A stretch of DNA of 64,000 nucleotides from Tubulanus polymorphus (Eukaryota; Animalia; Nemertea), in assembly GCF_964204645.1 (NCBI RefSeq), contig NC_134033.1, positions 15,818,655-15,882,654 on the forward strand, written 5' to 3'. Each line of letters begins with the position of its first letter. The first letter of the stretch is position 1. A model generated the notes under the pieces. That model saw only the letters and a program-made list of their open reading frames with translations. It did no database searches and was not told the DNA's origin. This document shows, piece by piece, positions 1 to 13,699 of this stretch. The position numbers and the translations under genes were made by a program.

Positions 1-505
1 ATTAACACCCAGCAGCAAGCAGCAGTATTAAAGGAGGTCATCAGTGTTGTAACACACTGACAAATCAGTTCCTTTGTCACGTTTCTACATGACAGTTGAA
101 GAAGGAAGGAGGAGACTCCTGCACTCAATATTACCCCAAAACAGAGCCAGCAGCAAGCAGCAGTATTTAAGGAGGGTGATTCATGATGTTATAATGTTTA
201 ATGTAATAATTCTTATTGTAATAATGTTTAATGTAATAATTCAAGAAGTTCATGGAAGGTGGTAAGAATTAACACGCAGCAGCAAGCAGCAGTATTAAAG
301 GAGATCATCAGTGTTGTAACGCACTGACAATTCAGTTCCTTTGTCACGTTTCTACATGACAGTTGAAGAAGGAAGGAGGAGACTCCTGACCTCAATATCA
401 CCCCTGAACAGAGTGTATCAATTAAGCAGCAGTATTAAAGGAGGTCATCAGTGTTGTAACACACTGACAATTCTGTTTGTTTGTCACGTTTCTATATGAC
501 AGTTA
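1..505. repeat. Satellite array A (153-bp unit with a 267-bp variant), left part
   Basis: Unit cagcagcaagcagcagtattaaaggaggtcatcagtgttgtaac...; period 267 between 1 and 268. Confidence 0.9.
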
Positions 506-619
506 ACAACCTTCAGGTCCAAGGAACCAAAGTAAAGCTATCAAACAATAGCATCTTTGAGTATAACACTTTTAAAATGCGTAATGTGATAATAATTTGC
601 GGATACAGTATACACAGAG

Positions 620-1840
620 AACCAACACCAGCATTATTTCAATGATTCAACCACCATAAAGCTATCGATGGATAGCTGTTTTGAATATTTATACATTTAA
701 AACGTAAAGTCGCAATAAGGACGATCACAAAACATGATCAGTCCCATTTCACCGACATATATTACAATATATACAATGTACCAACACCAGCGACATTTCA
801 AAGATTCAACCACCACAAAGCTATCGATGGATAGCTGCTTTGAATATTTATACATTTAAAACGTAAAGTCGCAATAAGGACAATCACAAAACATGATCAA
901 TCCCATTTCACCGACATATATTACAATATATACAATGTACCAACACTAGCGACATTTCAAAGATTCAACCACCACAAAGCTATCGATGGATAGCTGCTTT
1001 GAATATTTATACATTTAAAACGTAAAGTCGCAATAAGGACAATCACAAAACATGATCAATCCCATTTCACCGACATATATTACAATATATACAATGTACC
1101 AACACCAGCGACATTTCAATGATTCAACCACCACAAAGCTATCGATGGATAGCTGTTTTGAACATTTATACATTTAAAATGTAAAGTCATAATGAGGATG
1201 ATTAGGAAACATAATCAATCCCAATTCACCGACATATATTACAATATATACACAGAACCAACACCAGCGACATTTCAATGATTCAGCCACCACAAAGCTA
1301 TCGATGGATAGCTGTTTTGAATATTTATACATTTAAAACGCTAAGTCGCAAAAAAAACGATCACAAAATATGATCAATCCCATTTCACCGACATATATTA
1401 CAATATATACAATGTACCAACACCAGCGACATTTCAAAGATTCAACCACCACAAAGCTATCGATTGAAAGCTGTTTTGAATATTTATACATTTAAAACGT
1501 AAAGTCGCAATAAGGACAATCACAAAACATGATCAATCCCATTTCACCGACATATATTACAATATATACAATGTACCAACACCAGCGACATTTCAAAGAT
1601 TCAACCACCACAAAGCTATCGATGGATAGCTGTTTTGAATATTCATATATTTAAAATGTTAAGTCGCAATAAGGACGATTAGGAAACATAATCAATCCCA
1701 ATTCACCGACATATATTACAATGTATACACAGAACCAACACCAGCGACATTTCAATGATTCAACCACCACAAAGCTATCGATGGATAGCTGTTTTGAATA
1801 TTTATACATTTAAAACGTTAAGTCGCAATAAGGATGCTCA
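620..1840. repeat. Satellite array B, 159-bp unit, about 7.5 copies
   Basis: ccaacac at 781, 940, 1099...; each unit has hairpin agctatc-gatg-gatagct. Confidence 0.92.
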
Positions 1841-1857
1841 GGGAGCAAAACTCGCCA

Positions 1858-3232
1858 AAACTCAATATCACCCCATAACAGGGTGTATTAATTAACACGC
1901 AGCAGCAAGCAGCAGTATTTAAGGAGGTCATCAGTGTTTAACGCACTGACAATTCAGTTTGTAAGTCACGTTTCTACATGACAGTTGAAGAAGGAAGGAG
2001 TAGACTCCTGCACTCAATATCACCCCTGAACAGAGTGTATTTATTAACACGCAGCAGCAAGCAGCAGTATTAAAGGAGGTCATCAGTGTTGTAACGCACT
2101 GACAATTCAGTTTGTAAGTCACGTTTCTACATGACAGTTGAAGAAGGAAGGAGGAGACTCCTGCACTCAATATCACCCCTGAACAGAGTGTATTTATTAA
2201 CACGCAGCAGCAAGCAGCAGTATTAAAGGAGGTCATCAGTGTTGTAACGCACTGACAATTCAGTTCCTTTGTCACGTTTCTACATGACAGTTGAAGCAGG
2301 AAGGAGGAGACTCCTGAACTCAACATCACCCCAAAACAGAGCCAGCAGCAAGCAGCAGTATTTAAGGAGGATGATTCATGATGTTATAATGTTTAATGTA
2401 ATAATTCTTATTGTAATAATGTTTAATGTAATAATTCAAGAAGTTCATGGAAGGTGGTAAGAATTAACACCCAGCAGCAAGCAGCAGTATTTAAGGAGGT
2501 CATCAGTGTTGTAACGCACTGACAATTCAGTTCCTTTGTCACGTTTCTACATGACAGTTGAAGCAGGAAGGAGAAGACTCCTGAACTCAACATCACCCCA
2601 AAACAGAGCCAGCAGCAAGCAGCAGTATTTAAGGAGGATGATTCATGATGTTATAAGGTTTAATGTAATAATTCTTATTGTAATAATGTTTAATGTAATA
2701 ATTCAAGAAGTTCATGGAAGGTGGTAAGAATTAACACGCAGCAGCAAGCAGCAGTATTAAAGGAGGTCATCAGTGTTGTAACGCACTGACAATTCAGTTC
2801 GTTTGTTACGTTTCTACATGACAGTTGAAGAAGGAAGGAGGAGACTCCTGAACTCAATATCACTCCAAAACAGAGTGTATCAATTAACACCCAGCACCAA
2901 GCAGCAGTATTAAAGGAGGTCATCAGTGTTGTAACGCACTGACAATTCAGTTCGTTTGTTACGTTTCTACATGACAGCTGAAGAAGGAAGGAGGAGACTC
3001 CTGCACTCAATATCACCCCAAAACAGAGTGTATCAATTAACACCCAGCAGCAAGCAGCAGTATTAAAGGAGGTCATCAGTGTTGTAACACACTGACAATT
3101 CAGTATTTTGTCATGTTTCTACATGACAGTTGAAGAAGGAAGGAGGAGACTCCTGAACTCAATATCACTCCAAAACAGAGTGTATTAATTAACACCCAGC
3201 ACCAAGCAGCAGTACTAAAGGAGGTCATCAGT
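1858..3232. repeat. Satellite array A, right part (153/267-bp units)
   Basis: Periods 2071->2224 and 2761->2914->3067 (153); 2269->2536 (267). Confidence 0.92.
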
Positions 3233-3239
3233 TATAAAT

Positions 3240-3546
3240 TAGCAGTGATTTACCCACAGTGTCTTTGTAGCACTTAACTTTCATCACCACTAATTGATTT
3301 AGCAGTGATTTACCCACAGTGTTTTGTAACACTTAACTTTCATCACCACCAATTGATTTAGCAGTAATTCACCCACAGTGTTTTGTAACACTTAACTTTC
3401 ATCACCACCAATTGATTTAGCAGTAATTTACCCACAGTGTTTTGTAACACTTAACTTTCATCACCACCAATTGATTTAGCAGTAATTTACCCACAGTGTT
3501 TTGTAACACTTAACTTTCATCACCACCAATTGATTTAGCAGTAATT
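3240..3546. repeat. 59-bp tandem repeat, about 5 copies
   Basis: agcagtaatttacccacagtgttttgtaacacttaactttcatcaccaccaattgattt. Confidence 0.9.
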
Positions 3547-4529
3547 GATCCAGTTTGAAATGTGCTAAAATCAATGAGCAATTTCAAACTTTTCTATTGA
3601 GGAAACCACAGCAAAAAACTAAATGTATATAAAAAAGGACTGTCTTATTTAATTTTTGATGAGAGAGGAGAGAGAGGAGAGGAGGCATGTACACCTAACA
3701 CAACGTTTAAAACTCAATATCACAACCAAAACAGCAAGCATCAGCAACATGAAGTTTTCAAATAAGGAAGTTATCAGTATTGTAAGTCACATCTATTTGA
3801 CAATTCAAGAAGGCAAGGGAAGGAGAAGAGACTCCAAAACTCAATACCACCCCTAGAACAGAGTGGAATGAGCAACATGCAGTAGCAAACAACAGTATTT
3901 GCCGTAGTAGCAAACAACAGTATTTGCCGTTTTTAAAGGAGATGAAAGGAGTATCTTCTGTATTTGATACTCGTTTGATGTCATAGCAAGGCCATTACCG
4001 GGAGTTATAGAGAACAAAAGGAGAAGCCATGCCACCACAAGATTTTAATTGTCTATGATTTTGATATTGTATATAAAAATGGCACGACATATCACCTCGT
4101 AGCAAAGGAAGGAGGTAGAACAAACCACAAGATCAGTACATCTATCAATGTTTCATTATATGTATCATTGTTTCAAGACACCAACTTTCAATGTTTTGTA
4201 ACACTTAACTTTTATCACCACCAATTGATTTAGCAGTAATTCACATTTCGTGATGAGAGAGGAGAGAGAGGAGTCTTGTAGGAAATGTAGCGATACACCT
4301 ATCAAAGCTTTTTTACAAATGCAAATCAGTTTATTCTAGACTACGGACGTTTGTTGCTGGAGGAGACAAACTGTATTCCAAATTGAAACCCTTATCCCTT
4401 TTAGCTTTTTCTTAAAGAGATCGAACCCACAAGACGTCTGGCAAAGGCTTCAAACATTTTCATAACTGTTCGTGTAGAACCAATGACAAAACAAGCACTT
4501 ATCATCATCAAACAAAAGCTGAAAACTGC

Positions 4530-5702
4530 AATCAGTGAGGGGAAGTATGCACAATCATTGAGATGATTGTTCATAGCTGCAACCAATGGAGTGAACTGCA
4601 ACCAGTGAGGGGAAGTATGCACAATCGATGAGATGATTGTTCATAGCTGCAACCAATCAAGTGAACTGCAACCAGTGAGGGGGAGTATGCACAATCGATG
4701 AGATGATTGTTCATAGCTGCAACCAATCAAGTGAACTGCAACCAGTGAGGGGAAGTATGCTCAATCGATGAGATGATTGTTCATAGCTGCAACCAATAGA
4801 GTGAACTGCAACAAGTGAGGGGAAATTATATTTCAAACCAGTGAGGGGAAATTAGCTCAATCATTGAGATGATTGTTCATAGCTGCAACCAATGAAGTGA
4901 CAACAAGTGAGGGGGAAGTATGCACAATCAATGAGATGATTGTTCATAGCTGCAACCAATAGAGTGAACTGCAACCAGTGAGGGGAAGTATGCACAATCG
5001 ATGAGATGATTGTTCATAGCTGCAACCAATCAAGTGAACTGCAACCAGTGAGGGGAAGTATGCTCAATCGATGAGATGATTGTTCATAGCTGCAACCAAT
5101 AGAGTGAACTGCAACAAGTGAGGGGAAATTATATTTCAAACCAGTGAGGGGAAATTAGCTCAATCATTGAGATGATTGTTCATAGCTGCAACCAATGAAG
5201 TGACAACAAGTGAGGGGGAAGTATGCACAATCAATGAGATGATTGTTCATAGCTGCAACCAATCAAGTGACAACAAGTGAGGGGAAAGTATGTACAATCA
5301 ATGAGATGATTGTTCGTAGCTGCAACCAATCAAATGAACTGCGACCAGTGAGGGGAAATTATATTTCAAACCAGTTAGGGGAAATTAGCTCAATCATTGA
5401 GATGATTGTTCATAGCTGCAACCAATGAAGTGACAACAAGTGAGGGGGAAGTATGCACAATCAATGAGATGATTGTTCATAGCTGCAACCAATCAAGTGA
5501 CAACAAGTGAGGGGAAAGTATGTACAATCAATGAGATGATTGTTCGTAGCTGCAACCAATCAAATGAACTGCGACCAGTGAGGGGAAATTATATTTCAAA
5601 CCAGTGAGGGGAAATTAGCTCAATCATTGAGATGATTGTTCATAGCTGCAACCAATGAAGTGACAACCAGTGAGGGGGAAATATGCACAATCGATGAGAT
5701 GA
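4530..5702. repeat. ~65-95-bp tandem repeat with higher-order (230-300 bp) structure
   Basis: gagatgattgttcatagctgcaaccaat...gtgagggga units; caatcattga at 5161, 5391, 5621. Confidence 0.9.
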
Positions 5703-5849
5703 TGAAGGAGGAGGGACTTATCTAACGTAATGGTATCAATGCTACGAATGTATGAAAAAAGTGAAAAGTAATAGTTTGAAACCAAGATTGAATGCATTCA
5801 TTCTGTTGTATTGATAAAGTGAGATCTGATGAAAATTATGAAAAAAGAA

Positions 5850-6370
5850 AAAAAAACTACTATCTACAAATTTACAATATCTACAAGAAAATTAAAAAGA
5901 GAAATAAAAACTACTATTTACAAATTTACAATATTTACAAGAGAAATAAAAACTACTATTTACAAATTTACAATATTTACAAGAGAAATAAAAACTACTA
6001 TTTACAAATTTACAATATTTACAAGAGAAATAAAAACTACTATCTACAAATTTACAATATTTACAAGATAGAGAGAAAGAGAGCGAAAGAGAGAGAGAGG
6101 AGAGTGAGGAGAGAGAGAGGAGGGAGAGAGGAGGAAGGATGAAGGAGAGGGGTGAGAGGAAGAAAGCAGAGAGAGAAGAGAGTTAGTGGGTTAAAGAAAG
6201 AGGAAGAGAGAGTTAGTGGGTTAAAGAAAGAGGGAGAGAGTTAGTGGGTTAGAGAAAGAGGAAGAGAGTTAGTGGGTTAGAGAGAGAGAGGGAAAGGATA
6301 GAGAGAGGGAAAGGATAGAGACAGAGAGGGATAGGATAGAGACAGAGAGGGAAAGGATAGATAAAGGTAG
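5850..6370. repeat. 42-bp tandem repeat followed by a GA-rich purine tract
   Basis: aagagaaataaaaactactatttacaaatttacaatatttac x~5, then GA-rich degenerate repeats. Confidence 0.85.
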
Positions 6371-6434
6371 AAAAAGAAGGGGTGATAAAAACAATAAAAC
6401 ATATGATAAAAACAATAAAACATATGGGTAAAAA

Positions 6435-6702
6435 CAGTTAAAAAGAGGCAGTTTAACGTCATACCACAGGACAAATAGATAAAAATCACTGATAAAATGT
6501 ATGGATAAAACGTATTGTTAAAATGAGGCAGTTTAACGTCGTACCACAGGACAAACAGATAAAAATCACTGATAAAACGTATTGTTAAAATGAGGCAGTT
6601 TAACGTCGTACCACAGGACAAATAGATAAAAATCACTGATAAAATGTATGGATAAAACGTATTGTTAAAAAGAGGCAGTTTAACGTCGTACCACAGGACA
6701 AC
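6435..6702. repeat. 67/80-bp tandem repeat
   Basis: gaggcagtttaacgtcgtaccacaggacaa x4. Confidence 0.85.
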
Positions 6703-7604
6703 TTGAAAATAGAGGTACACTAGCAATACTACTTATATGTTACTAGGTACAGTATTTTAGACAATTCTATAAAATTGTATAATTATCTCAACCTCTGCAC
6801 TACCAAATATCAATTCGACAAAAAGTCATCTTTGAAAACGTTCGTAAGAAATAAAACAACAAAACATAACGTAGCATTGAATTAATATTAATGTTATCAG
6901 AAGCTGAAAATCTGAAATCAACCATCAGCCATAAATGAGGAGGCGGGACTAATGCAATGAAATAATATCAATGCTCCAAACTTATAGGTTAAAATCTCGT
7001 TAAAACGATAGATGCAACAAGTGATATCAGTATCAAACTAAGATTGAATGCATTCATTCTGTTGTTTTGAATATTAAAATTATTCAATAGAATTAAAAAT
7101 ATTAATTATCAATTAAATCTATATCAAAATTTGCACTAAAAAAATTTGATGTATAGATATTATGAAGTTTAGAAAATTAAAAATTTAAGATTATATTTGA
7201 AATGTTTAAATAATCATTAAAATCTTAAGTTAAAAAGATATCTAAAAATATTTACAAGTAGAAATCAAAATCAATAAAAAAATCTAAAAAGAAATATAAT
7301 ATATACAAATAAAAAGCTATTCATAAATTTACTACATGTACAAGTACGGATAAAATGTGTCGATCAATTTGATGAAATATTTTATATTATTTGTCAATCA
7401 TAATCGGAACCGTAGTGATTTCAGAATGGAATAACTGGGCCAGGCCAATCACTCACTCGATGATCATCAATTACTGGTACTACACAACCACAGAAAGAGT
7501 GGTTTTTACTGCGCGGTATATTAGGCCAGGTGCACCTCTCAATAATAATGCCGCCTATTATGTTTGGTTTTTGGTGTGTTGATATGTACATCGATACATC
7601 CTCA

Positions 7605-7935
7605 ATCACCAGGGTTTTATTGTCGCCCACCAAATTTCACGCTTACACAAACCCTGGTCACAAACCCTTCATTGGACTCTTACATTGTCCGAGATATCTC
7701 GAGTCGACAGGTTGCTGCTAAGCGGCCACTAGACTTTACATCTAGTCAATCAGATGTGTAGCAAATCTGCCGGCGAAAAACAACGCATCTGATTGGCTAG
7801 ATATATAGACTAGTGGCCGCTCAGTGGTAACCTGACTACCCAAGCAATCTTGAACAACGTAATAGACCAATGAAGAGTTTGCGACCGGGGTTTGTCTTGG
7901 CATGAGCTTCGGCAGACGACAATTAAAACCTGGCA
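7605..7935. mobile_element. Foldback/MITE-like imperfect palindrome
   Basis: Arms of about 150 bp are diverged reverse complements (gcggccactag...tcaatcagatg / catctgattgg...ctagtggccgc). Confidence 0.7.
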
Positions 7936-8884
7936 AGTGAGGATGGCATTGATGTATATTGAATGAAAAAGCTGCATGTAAATATGAAATGTGTACGAGA
8001 ACCTTGAAAGCAGTGAAATAAGATATAAACTAGAGGTGCAGGGACACCATGCCCACTCGGTGAAATGCTTGACAATCTGACAATTTCAATATTTAATGCC
8101 CCCCGGTAAACATAACAAAAACCAATGCTACAAATATGCAATTGATTGCAGTTATATGCATAAATACCAAAACTCATGGAAAAATTGTATGAATTCAATA
8201 CCCCTGATGGGAAGAATAGAAAATGGGGTAAGACTAGCCCTATGACAATGCTAACAATTATCAAACATCATGACTGTAAGTTAAAGCAACCCAATATTTC
8301 TTATTATGATGGGGGATACATATCGATATCAAACATCAAATGTTGGAGAAATCTTTGAAACCTCCCTTAAAAACTTCAAAACTGTGTAAAACTGCCGATT
8401 TTAGCGAACAAGAATGGCTACCAGTCAGCCATCTTGATATTCTGCCAGTCGAATAACGGATGAAAAGTGAATACACTAGCCTGCTGGGACTCAAGTTAAG
8501 CTTAAAATCGATTAAAAAAAACACAACAAAATTTCAACAATATTTTAGAAAAAAACTAGAATCTAGAGACACCAAAAAGTGAAAAGCCTAAAAACTAAAT
8601 AAAAGTTTTCTAACAGTAACGAAAAAATACTGATTTAAAATTCCATTGTTTCATTCATTTATAATCTATTTCAGCGTAAAACCCTACATCCCTAAAATTA
8701 AGATAACATTAAAGATTATGTTTCAATGACCTGAGAGTATTGTATTATTAATCAATCTAATTAACTGCAAGTTCATCAAACAATAAAAAACCTAATCATC
8801 TACTCTATAACTAGTGATGTTACTTTCAATAACAAGAAAACAGGGGGGTAATTAAAACTGGTGTTAACGCTAAAATATCCTCAA

Positions 8885-9552
8885 TGAACTGAGAGTAATT
8901 TCATCAATGATGAATTTACCCTCAGTTCATCCATTGTTTTAATGATGATCCTGAGAGTGATTTCAACAATGATGAATTTACCCTCAGTTCATTCATTGTT
9001 TTAATGATGATCCTGAGAGTGATTTCAACAATGATGAATTTACCCTCAGTTCATTCATTGTTTTAATGATGATCCTGAGAGTAATTTCAACAATGATGAA
9101 TTTACCCTCAGTTCATTCATTGTTTTAATGATGATCCTGAGAGTGATTTCAACAATGATGAATTTACCCTCAGTTCATCCATTGTTTTAATGATGATCCT
9201 GAGAGTAGTTTCAACAATGATGAATTTACCCTCAGTTCATCCATTGTTTTAATGATGATCCTGAGAGTGATTTCATCAATGATGAATTTACCCTCAGTTC
9301 ATTCATTGTTTTAATGATGATCCTGAAAGTAATTTCAACAATGCTGAATTTACCCTCAGTTCATTCATTGTTTTAATGATGATCCTGAGAGTAATTTCAA
9401 CAATGATGAATTCACCCTCAGTTCATTCATTGTTTTAATGATGATCCTGAAAGTAATTTCAACAATGCTGAATTTACCCTCAGTTCATTCATTGTTTTAA
9501 TGATGATCCTGAAAGTAATTTCAACAATGCTGAATTAACCCTCAGTTCATCA
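8885..9552. repeat. 62-bp tandem repeat, about 10.5 copies
   Basis: aatgatgatcctgagagtgatttcaacaatgatgaatttaccctcagttcattcattgtttt. Confidence 0.92.
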
Positions 9553-11911
9553 CATTCTAAGATGTTACTATTCTATTCAGAGATAATCTCTGAACTGCAT
9601 AAAAAAGGAGATCTTAAACGCGATTATAGATTAATAACCTGAGTGTAACTGATCATAAGATAAATTGACCCTCAGTTTATCAGAGGTTTATACTTTATTT
9701 AAGTTAACAGCTATAGTTAAAACTTGACCTAAATGAACTAAAACTTCAACTTAATTAGACTTAAATCAACTGGAATGAATTAAATTCAATATCAGCGAAA
9801 ATTACTAAAATAACTAAACAAAAACCAACTAATCTAAACTAAGGTTAACTTGAAACCAAAGTTTTAATATCTAGTTTCAAACGCACTAGTGATTAATCAT
9901 AAACATCATGCTCACAATTTAACAAGACCCAGTTCCACAGTTATGCAACAAGTATGCATTTAAATTCTTGTATCCAGATCAAACTGTGGAACTGAGTCCT
10001 GTATTGTATGGAACGAGATAAATGAAAAACAATCTGAGTGTATTTTTCATATGATGTTTTCAGTCATATATTTTCTTGAGATGACATCGAATTCAAAATT
10101 CAAAATTTCATACGACGGGACGCTGAAAATATCATGTGAAAAATACACTCAGACTGTTTTTTATTCATCGCATTCCATGATAGTGAAACACCAACTGAAA
10201 ATGAGTAGATAATTCACTGAATTACTTTAATAAAAATTGAAAAAAACTACAAGAAAAAAAGGTAAAGAAAGTATGAGAAAAAGTTCTCAATCACATTTCA
10301 TATTTACTAAGTCTATATCAACTACGAGTAAAAGCTCTTTATGCATGCACTTTATACAACATGGGCCTTTTATATAACCACTATTTATATCTGTGTTGTG
10401 GACCACGTAATTGTGTCAAAGAGTATTCTGTGATAAAACCTGGACCTTCAGTTATTCCATTCTCATGAAATCACTGGGGTTCGAATATACACAGTGATAG
10501 TCAAATATAAAATATTTCATTAAATTGATCTTTTAGTTCGTATTGAAATACAAATAAATCATTGTTCTAAAAGGAATATATACAAATAAAATAGTTTTTA
10601 AATATAAAAAATAAAATAGTTTTTAAATATATACAAATAAAATAGTTTAAAAAGATACTTTGAGATAAAATACATACAAATGAAATAGTATAAAATTCAG
10701 ATAAAAAAGTTTTTAGATATCATAGGTGTTTTAAAATTCAGATATAAAATAGTTTCTTTAATAGATTAAAATTCAGATAAAATAGTTTTTAGATATCACA
10801 GGTGTTTTAAAATTCAGATATAAAAAAGTCTCTTCAATCTTTTTAAAATTGAGATAAAATAGTTTTACATATTACAGATACTTTAAAATTGTGATAATTT
10901 AAAATATTTTCTACAATTGTCTTAAAAATATGGGTAAAATAGTTTATAGAATGTTTTCAGAATTACTAGTTTAGAAGTATCAATGAAATGTTTGCAGATA
11001 TGAATAATTCATAATTTATACCAATGAAATAGATTTAGATGGATCACCTTGATCAATCATAATATCGAACCAAAACATCATTGAAAGAATCCAATAATAG
11101 CGATAATAATTCACATAAAATATGATTTTGGGCAATAGTAAAAATGAAACCAGGAAAATGATTAATGATATTTCGCAGATATTCAAAAACCGTAATTAAT
11201 TTTGAGAACTGGAATGAAATCTTCAACAAGAGATATTTTAGGAAAAATTCAAACTTTTGGAAAGTTAAGATTAGGAAACTCGTAGTAAATTGGAATTTCA
11301 ATTGAAATTGGAATTAGGAAATTTGTAGTAAATTGGAATTTCAGCACTGAAGGACTCAAAATTTAGGAACTTTGTTCTATCTTGGAACGTGAGAAACTGG
11401 AACCACAAAAATAACAAACTGTTCAACATGAGCAGTATGACTGGGTCTCAGTCAGTAGAAATCTATTGATGATGCTGGTTTTAGTTTGGATTTTGTGACC
11501 TCTTCACAACAATAATTGCAAAATGGCTGAGAAACTACAAATAGCCTCTTTTCATGTAATCAATTAGTAGGTTATATCACATACTTTGATACAACTTATG
11601 CCGTTTTTGGGGACGAAGGAAGCACCTGAGAACCTGATCAGATTAACAACCATATGAATGATTGACCTCTTGAAAACAACTTCAGCGTAGATTTCTTAAA
11701 TCTATTGATAATTCACTCTCAACAGCCTTAATCTGACGTGTGTTTTATGCATTGCTCGCCTACATGGAAACAATTCCACGCTCTATCAACCATATTTCAA
11801 TTGCTAAACGCAATTTAGACCCCAATCAAGGACCAGGAGTTACTTTATCAGAGCGGTGTCTATTACTGAGTTGATCGATTGTTATGAACTTAACAATTTT
11901 CCTTTTAGACC

Positions 11912-12090
11912 ATCTCCTCTATCATATCTCTCTCAACTCCTCTATCATATCTCCATAAACTCCTCTCTCATATCTCCATAAACTCCTCTCTCATATTCCC
12001 TGAACCTCATCTCTCATATTCCCTGAACCTCCTCTCTCATATTCCCTGAACCTCCTCTCTCATACCTCCCTGAACCTCCTCTCTCATATG
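11912..12090. repeat. 23-bp pyrimidine-rich minisatellite
   Basis: tcatattccctgaacctcctctc. Confidence 0.8.
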
Positions 12091-13699
12091 CCTTATTGAT
12101 TTCAACAAGAGATTAATTAAGACTAATTATTAACAAGAATTTTGAACTCAACCCTTGATCCTGGTGATCGTTAGAATCAGTAGAGATCAATATCAATCAA
12201 TAAAACCCGATCACTGATGTGATAACAACGAATTTTCCAATCCAAGATCTTTATTTTATACTTTCTTTATCAGAGATTCTTAATCATTGCATTTTTGCAG
12301 ATCTTAGCTTTTTTTCTATTATAACCTATGTTCAATTATGAACTCATGCATTCATGCATTGATCACCGATCCAGATGGTGATGGTTTCACACCTTAGAAA
12401 TGTAATGAAATTGATTACCGTAGTCTTTGCTGTGGTTTCCTTTCTTGCGCAATTTTTAATCCGGGCAATCTCACGTATATAAATATATATCCCTTTTCCT
12501 TATGAGTAAACATTTTAAATCCCTCCGATCACATGTGAAGGATTTCCCTCCGTTGTTGAGCATTAGATATTAACATTTCAATCATTCAAGTTTTCATGTC
12601 ATATTAAATTAATCTTTAATTCTGTAATTAGAAAAACAAGTATGTTAATAACGATATAATGGTTTAGCACTTGACGTATAGACGTCATAGTATTTGGGGG
12701 AGGGGGCAACATGGAACATTGAAAAATCTGTTTCAATGAAATTTCCTAAGGAATCGCATTATGTGAAACATAGCTGTTCCTTCTCCACGTTATTTTCAGC
12801 TTCATAAGGAAACGCATTATGTGTGAAACATAGCTATTCCTTCTCCATGTTTCGATAAAGTTCGATAAAGAATCACGTAACAGTTCCTTTTGATTTGAAA
12901 AATCCACTTTTTTTCAAACTCCATAGGAGTTATTGTAGGAATTGATTCCCTGCATATCTCGAAAGAGATTTACAACGGCTGACCATAGAATTAGAATAGA
13001 TGACTCCTAAGAAGGCTACTGCCACAATCAGGTGGTATGGATGGTTATTGCTGCAAAGTAGTGGCAAGGATGGTTTATATCCCGAAAGATATTTGAAAAG
13101 GTCGACCATGGTATTAGAATTGATGACTCATAAGAAGGCTACTGCCACAATTAGGTGGTATAGATGGCTACTGCTGCAAAGTAGCGCCAAGAAGGGTTAA
13201 TGCTTCAGCATTGTGAGAAGCACAATGAACCTTAGTTAATAAGGTAAGAGTTAATGCAAAAATGGGGGTTAAAATGGAGTGGAACACAGTGGGTCGTACA
13301 GTCAAAAAAAAATAAATAAATGATTTAAAAAGTAAATGAATGGGATGATGGACAAATATTTCTTTTTGTCCAAAAAGTAAATAAAGGGATGAAATGATAA
13401 TGAATTTTTTTTATCATTTTTCAATTTTTTAAATTTTTTTGGAGAAACCGTAAAACCTCCATAAAAGCAATGATTATATGCAATGATGTCTGGTTTTTTA
13501 TTTTCATATTTTTTTTATAAAAGCAAGGAGGACTGCACGCCCACTGGTTCAAGGAGTGTTGACAGATATTTAACACTGCGCAACCTGCAGATCGACGAAG
13601 GTGGAAGGGAAAACTGAGTTTCAAGAAGTGCCGATCTGCAGACGTGCATGGGCTGATGTTGTTGCCCGGGTGATGGCGAGTGAAGGGGCTGATGTTATT

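Noticed and set aside
74-3076. Repeated 63-132 aa ORFs (MSRFYMTVE..., ...LLQLSCRNVT...)
   Set aside because: By-products of 153/267-bp satellite units (multiples of 3); no splice or protein-family signal.
5792-6726. ORFs KRNKNYYLQIYNIY x n and the 149-aa hydrophobic - strand ORF
   Set aside because: Translations of 42-bp and 67/80-bp tandem repeats and a GA tract.
8320-8585. Possible decayed LINE C-terminal coding fragment (HLDILPVE*R)
   Set aside because: Too short and interrupted to support by eye.
8885-9552. CRISPR-like appearance of hairpin repeats (also 18108-18655)
   Set aside because: Head-to-tail units with no unique spacers, no cas genes, eukaryotic context.
11053-11301. 82-aa - strand ORF
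   Set aside because: AT-rich composition-driven ORF with no recognisable motif, ATG start or splice context.
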